From assembly GCA_963842525.1 (NCBI GenBank), contig CAWJGT010000003.1, positions 1,120,001 through 1,184,000 on the forward strand: a stretch of 64,000 nt of DNA, in the 5' to 3' direction. The stretch comes from an uncultured Holophagales bacterium. GTDB lineage: Bacteria > Acidobacteriota > Thermoanaerobaculia > Multivoradales > UBA5704. Shown here one piece after another: positions 59,767 to 64,000 of the stretch (positions are counted from its first letter, which is position 1; each line of letters begins with the position of its first letter). The translations under genes and the position numbers were made by a program. The notes beneath the pieces were generated by a model that worked only from the letters and a program-made list of their open reading frames with translations, did no database searches and was not told the origin of the DNA.

Positions 59767-61410
59767 ATGAGACAGCACAAGCTTTTCGCATTCGTCGTCG
59801 CCGGCTGGCTCGCCGTCCTGCCGACGGCTGCCCAGCAGACCCACGCGCACCATCATCCCGAGGCGGAGACCCTGGGCCGCGTCCACTTCCCGGTCACCTG
59901 CAAGCCCGGGAGCCAGGCCGGGTTCGACCGGGCCGTGGCCCTCCTGCACTCCTTCGGCTATGAGCTGGCCCGCGACGCGTTCGCCGCGGTCGCGCAGCAG
60001 GACCCGGAGTGCGCCATGGCCCACTGGGGCGTGGCCATGACCTATTACCATCCGATCTGGGCGCCGCCCACTCCGGCGGAGCTCGCCGCGGGGCGGGCAG
60101 CCGCCGAGCAGGCGGCCCGGCTGCGGGCCGGCAGCGAGCGGGAGAAGGGTTACATCCAGGCGATCGGCACCTTCTATGCGGACGCCGGCAAGCTCGACCA
60201 CCGCGTCCGGGCGCGGGCCTACGAGGCAGCGATGGCGAAGCTCTCTACGGCCTTTCCCGAGGACGACGAGGCCACCGTCTTCCATGCGCTGGCCCTCCTC
60301 GGCAGCGCGCCGCCCACCGATGCAACGTTCGCCCACCAGAAACGGGCGGCGGAGATCCTGAGCCGGCTCCTGCCGCGGCACGCCGACCATCCGGGGATCC
60401 TTCACTATGTGATCCACGCTTTCGACTATCCGCAGCTCGCGTCCCTGGCGTTGCCGGCGGCCCGGGCCTATGCGAAGGTCGCGCCCTCCGCTCCGCATGC
60501 CCTTCACATGCCGTCCCACATCTTCGTCCGGCTCGGCCTGTGGCAGGAATCGATCGCGTCCAATCTCGATTCGGCCGCCATGGCGAAGAAGCAGGTGGCC
60601 CGCACCCACCCCGGCGCCACGGCCTTCGACGACCTGCACGCCCTCGACTATCTGGAGTATGCCTACCTCCAACTCGGTGACGACCGGAAGGCCCGCGAGG
60701 TGCTGGAGGAGGTGGCGAAGGCATCCCGCTTCGACGAGGCGAATTTCGCCGCCGGCTATGCGCTGGTGGCGGTGCCGGCGCGTTATGCGCTGGAGCGGCG
60801 GGACTGGCGCGCGGCGGCGGCGCTCGCGGTCCCCGCGATCGAGGTCCCCTGGGAGAACTTCCCGTACGCCCGAGGGATCACGGACTTTGCCAACGCCCTG
60901 GGGGCGGCCCGCCTCGGCGACCTGGACCGGGCGCGCAAGGCGCTGGCCGGGCTGCAGGCGCTCCAGACCGGGCTGGCCAAGGCGCCGCCTGCGGGACCCT
61001 ACGACTGGGCGGGGCAGGTCGAGGCCATGCGCCTCGCGGCGGCCGGCTGGGTGGCGTTCGCCGAGGGCCGCAAGGAGGAGGCGGTGAGGCTGCTCACCGC
61101 CGCGGCGGAGAAGGAGGAGGCGGTCGGCAAACATCCGGTCTCCCCGGGGGCCGTTCTACCGGCCCGGGAGCAGTTGGGGGACGTCCTCCTCGAGCTGGGA
61201 AAGCCGCGAGAGGCCCTCGACGCCTACGAGGCCTCGCTCGCCGAAGCGCCGAAACGGTTCAACGGCTTGGCCGGCGCCGCGCGAGCCGCCGAGCTGGCCG
61301 GCGAGCCGGCACGTGCCCGCGGCTTCTACAAGGAGCTCCTGGCCCTCTGCGGACCGTCCTGCGAGCGCCCCGAAGCGCAGAGGGCGAAGGCGCTAGCCGG
61401 CGGAAGCTGA
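59767..61410 (+). CDS. Secreted TPR-repeat protein
   Basis: Signal peptide; FDRAVALLHSF, CAMAHWG, HPGILHYVIH, PHALHMPSHIF. Confidence 0.85.
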   Translation: MRQHKLFAFVVAGWLAVLPTAAQQTHAHHHPEAETLGRVHFPVTCKPGSQAGFDRAVALLHSFGYELARDAFAAVAQQDPECAMAHWGVAMTYYHPIWAPPTPAELAAGRAAAEQAARLRAGSEREKGYIQAIGTFYADAGKLDHRVRARAYEAAMAKLSTAFPEDDEATVFHALALLGSAPPTDATFAHQKRAAEILSRLLPRHADHPGILHYVIHAFDYPQLASLALPAARAYAKVAPSAPHALHMPSHIFVRLGLWQESIASNLDSAAMAKKQVARTHPGATAFDDLHALDYLEYAYLQLGDDRKAREVLEEVAKASRFDEANFAAGYALVAVPARYALERRDWRAAAALAVPAIEVPWENFPYARGITDFANALGAARLGDLDRARKALAGLQALQTGLAKAPPAGPYDWAGQVEAMRLAAAGWVAFAEGRKEEAVRLLTAAAEKEEAVGKHPVSPGAVLPAREQLGDVLLELGKPREALDAYEASLAEAPKRFNGLAGAARAAELAGEPARARGFYKELLALCGPSCERPEAQRAKALAGGS

Positions 61411-61485
61411 TCCGGCACGATTTGAACGTGGGGGAAGAAGACAGTAAAGGGAGAGAAGCTGGAGGGGGCTGCGCGGCCCCCATGG

Positions 61486-61514
61486 AAAAAGGGCCACCCG
61501 AGTCCGGGTGGCCC
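61486..61514 (-). terminator. Rho-independent terminator of csp
   Basis: 10-bp perfect stem GGGCCACCCG/CGGGTGGCCC, 4-nt loop, T5 tract on minus strand. Confidence 0.85.
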
Positions 61515-61534
61515 CTATATCTCCGGAGACCCGC

Positions 61535-61744
61535 TCAGGCGATCTTGTTGACGTTCTCGGCCGCCGGGCCCTTGGCGCCCTGCACGACGTCGAACTCGAC
61601 CCGGTCTCCCTCGGCGAGGCTTTTGAAACCATCGCCCTTGATGGCCGAGTGATGAACGAAGCAGTCCTTGCTTCCATCCTCCGGCGTGATGAATCCGAAG
61701 CCCTTCGAATCGTTGAACCACTTGACTTTACCTGTGTTCCGCAT
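61535..61744 (-). CDS. cspA: Cold-shock protein
   Basis: GKVKWFN..KGFGFI (RNP1), FVHHSAI (RNP2), KGPAAENV. Confidence 0.95.
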   Translation of the reverse strand: MRNTGKVKWFNDSKGFGFITPEDGSKDCFVHHSAIKGDGFKSLAEGDRVEFDVVQGAKGPAAENVNKIA

Positions 61745-61862
61745 TCTTATTCTCTCTTTCTGGCACCAAAAAACCGAAAAGACCCGGTCAGAACCAGGTC
61801 TTCGCAGAGTTTTCTGGCTGTGTTAGTCAGCCAAACCACCCATTGGCTTCGCTGACAAAGAA

Positions 61863-61891
61863 ATAGTACGTCAACCGGTGATGCAAGTCAA
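61863..61891 (-). promoter_or_regulatory. Sigma70 promoter of csp with ~110-nt 5' UTR
   Basis: TTGACT-17 bp-TACTAT on minus strand. Confidence 0.75.
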
Positions 61892-61988
61892 GGCCCGGGC
61901 CTGGAGCTCCTGGAGCTTGGTGACGAATGGGGAAGCAGCCCCCGGGCCTCCTTCGCAGAGGCGGCCCGGGGAGGAGCCTGGGTCTCCC

Positions 61989-62159
61989 CTACTGCGTGCC
62001 GTCGCCGCAGCAGTTGGGCCCGATGCAGCTCGTTTGGATGGCGATGGCCTCGGCTGCGGCGCCCTTGACCCGGAGGAGCTCCTGCACGGGCAGCCGTGTC
62101 GCGTCGAGCTGCAGCATGGTCTCGCGGCTCAGGGACAGCTTCTTGTCGCGCTTTTTCAT
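61989..62159 (-). CDS. Lanthipeptide-like precursor 2 (56 aa; absent from the ORF track)
   Basis: MKKRDKKLSLSRETMLQLDATRLPVQELLRVKGA-AAEAIAIQTSCIGPNCCGDGTQ; GGAG RBS; leader nearly identical to precursor 1. Confidence 0.85.
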   Translation of the reverse strand: MKKRDKKLSLSRETMLQLDATRLPVQELLRVKGAAAEAIAIQTSCIGPNCCGDGTQ

Positions 62160-62171
62160 GGCCGCTCCCGA

Positions 62172-62360
62172 CTACAGGGTCTCGATGACGGTGAAGGGCT
62201 CTACGGGGTTGAACGGCCCCGGCCGGGTGCCGCACTCGGTGCAGTCCGACAGGCAGCCGGTCCAGGCCACGCCGCCGCGGGCGCGGGCAAGCTCGGCCTT
62301 CGGGTCGAGCAGGTGCAGGGTCTCTCGGTTCAGGGACAGCTTCTTGTCGCGCTTTTTCAT
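62172..62360 (-). CDS. Lanthipeptide-like precursor 1 (62 aa)
   Basis: MKKRDKKLSLNRETLHLLDPKAELARARGG-VAWTGCLSDCTECGTRPGPFNPVEPFTVIETL; AAGGAGG RBS. Confidence 0.88.
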   Translation of the reverse strand: MKKRDKKLSLNRETLHLLDPKAELARARGGVAWTGCLSDCTECGTRPGPFNPVEPFTVIETL

Positions 62361-62438
62361 CGTGGTTTCCTCCTTTTCGTCTGTGTACGGAGCCCCCGGG
62401 CTCCCCGGATCGAGCGCCTGAGGTGTTGGGCCCTGTCC

Positions 62439-63765
62439 CTAGGGTGCGTCGACGGGCGCAGCGGGGGACACGGAGGCCGCCGGCTGCTGCGGGAGAGAGG
62501 CGAGGAAGAGGTGGTCCCAGGCGGGCTCGACGGTCGAGACGGCGCCCAAGAGGGACAGCCCCACGCCGGCCGCGCCTTCCAGGAGCCCGGCATCGTCCCG
62601 CCAGGCCTGATCGCCGCTCACGCTGCCGGAGCCTCCAGGACCGGAAGCCGCCGACGCCCACGCCGGGGATGCGAAAGGCGAGGGTCCGCTCGAACCAGAG
62701 CCGCGCGGCGGCGGCGAGCCGCTCTTCGCCGGTCATCTGGTACAGGCGCTGGAAGAGGTGGGCCACGCCCGCGGCGCCATGGCAGAGGCCGGGGTCCTGG
62801 ACGCCGGCGGTCTCCTCCGGGCGTTCGGCGGCGGAGAGGGCGGTCTCGAGAGCGGCGCGCTCCCACGCGGGCTCTCCCGCGCCGCGCGCGGCGACGAGGA
62901 GGGTCGCGGCGACCCCAGGATCGCCGTAGCACCAAGCGATCCGGCAGCGGCGGGTCTCGATGCCCTGCGCCTGGAAATGGGGGAAGCAGTACACGGCTCC
63001 AGGGTCCTGGCGCTGCGCCAGCAGCCAGGAGACGGCGCCCGCGAGGAGGGGGCGGGCCGTGGCGGTGGCGATCCCGGCGCCGCAGATGGCCCCGAGCAAC
63101 GCGACGACGCCGGGGATGCCGTGGGAGGCCCCCAGATTGTAGTAACCCTCGGGGTAGGACTCGCGCTGGTGGGCAGGCAGGGTCTCGGGCGGGCTGAACC
63201 AGGTGAGGCCTTCCGGGGTCTCCTCGGCCAGTTCGGCCAGGCGGTCGACGATGCGTTCGAGGCACGCGGCCGCGGTGGGGCGGGGGAGGCCTTCGAGGGC
63301 GTAGACGCCGAGCCCCACGAGGCCGTTGATGAGGTCGTACTCGCCCGTCCAGGGAGCATGGGCGAGGGCCCCGAGGAGTGCCTCGTCGACCTCGAGGTTG
63401 GCGTCCTCGTCCGCCTCGAAGAGCCTTCCCCGCAGGTGGTCGGAGACCCAGGCGATCCCGGAAAAGCCGGAATAGAGGCCCTCGGTCAGGGGCACTTCGG
63501 CGAGCGTCTGGGTCGCCTGGTCGAGCAGCTCCATGGCGCGGTCGGCCTGCTGCTCTTCGCCGTCGTAAAGAGAGAGGTAGGCGTAGAAGAGCGCCTGGCC
63601 CGCGTTGCCGGAAGCGAGGCTGCTTTGCCAGGCGGCCCTGTTTTCGCCGGTGATTCCTTCGGGAATCCAGCCCGGGACGCGGGGAATGTCCGCTGCGATC
63701 GCCTGGATCGCCTCCAGGGCGCGCGCTGCGAGGTCGCCGTCGAGCAGAGGTTTCCAGTCGCTCAT
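62439..63765 (-). CDS. lanC: LanC-like lanthionine cyclase; frameshift near 62630
   Basis: GLYSGFSG, YDLINGLVG, LGASHGIPG, IAWCYGDPG, GLCHGAAG, and GLLEGAAGVGLSL..WD in shifted frame. Confidence 0.9.
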
Positions 63766-63839
63766 GGACGGGCCACGATATGGCGGCGGGTCGGGGGAGG
63801 TCAAGCGGAGGGAAAGGACAGCAGGGACAGCCCTGATCT

Positions 63840-64000
63840 ACCGGGGCCGCGGCGGCAAGAGCCCGCCGGAGCCCTGGTGGCACGCCGCTCTCCGGCAGCC
63901 TTTCCCACTGGACCACCCGCGCTCCGTCGGGGGTGCGGACCACCTCGGCCAGGATGGAGCGGCGCCTGCCTTCGAAGCTGGCGGTGGCGATGACCCGATA
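63840..64000 (-). CDS. 3' end of an upstream gene (partial, unassigned; end approximate)
   Basis: YRVIATASFEGRRRSILAEVVRTPDGARVVQWERL reads as coding; no LanB-like motif recognised. Confidence 0.4.

Noticed and set aside
61888-63804. 638-aa LanC with long C-terminal extension
   Set aside because: The extension is out-of-frame read-through across the precursor genes after the indel near 62630
1-64000. Integrase, transposase or prophage genes explaining the islands
   Set aside because: No tyrosine/serine recombinase, DDE or HUH motifs recognised in any ORF

Overview
High-GC bacterial DNA. An Acidobacterial-type VWA protein, REP-like palindromes and KKLSLNRET-leader peptides suggest Acidobacteriota/Thermoanaerobaculia (inference only). 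About eight otherwise intact genes are split by single-base frameshifts, most likely long-read assembly indels. Main blocks: (1) 1-23 kb, mixed housekeeping and accessory genes plus gene relics. (2) 23-35 kb, an NCS2-type permease whose 5' and 3' ends are both duplicated nearby. The 5' copies bracket a lower-GC island with a HEPN-pseudokinase-TIR fusion and two further TIR proteins (candidate new defence system). Next comes a carbamoyltransferase with an SCP2-like insert. (3) 35-49 kb, a LacI-regulated beta-glucan utilisation locus (TonB receptor, GH144-like, ABC transporter, large glycosidase, GH94); the glycosidase carries palindromic repeats translated in frame. (4) 49-58 kb, an accessory block with stacked toxin-antitoxin genes, a 21-bp palindromic array, an S9 peptidase, a copper amine oxidase and a nitrilase-fold + wHTH pair. 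(5) GH1, a TPR protein, a cold-shock gene, and a LanC-like cyclase followed by two lanthipeptide-like precursors with no adjacent dehydratase. No rRNA, intact tRNA, CRISPR array, integrase or transposase was recognised. All family calls come from motif recognition by eye, not from database searches.
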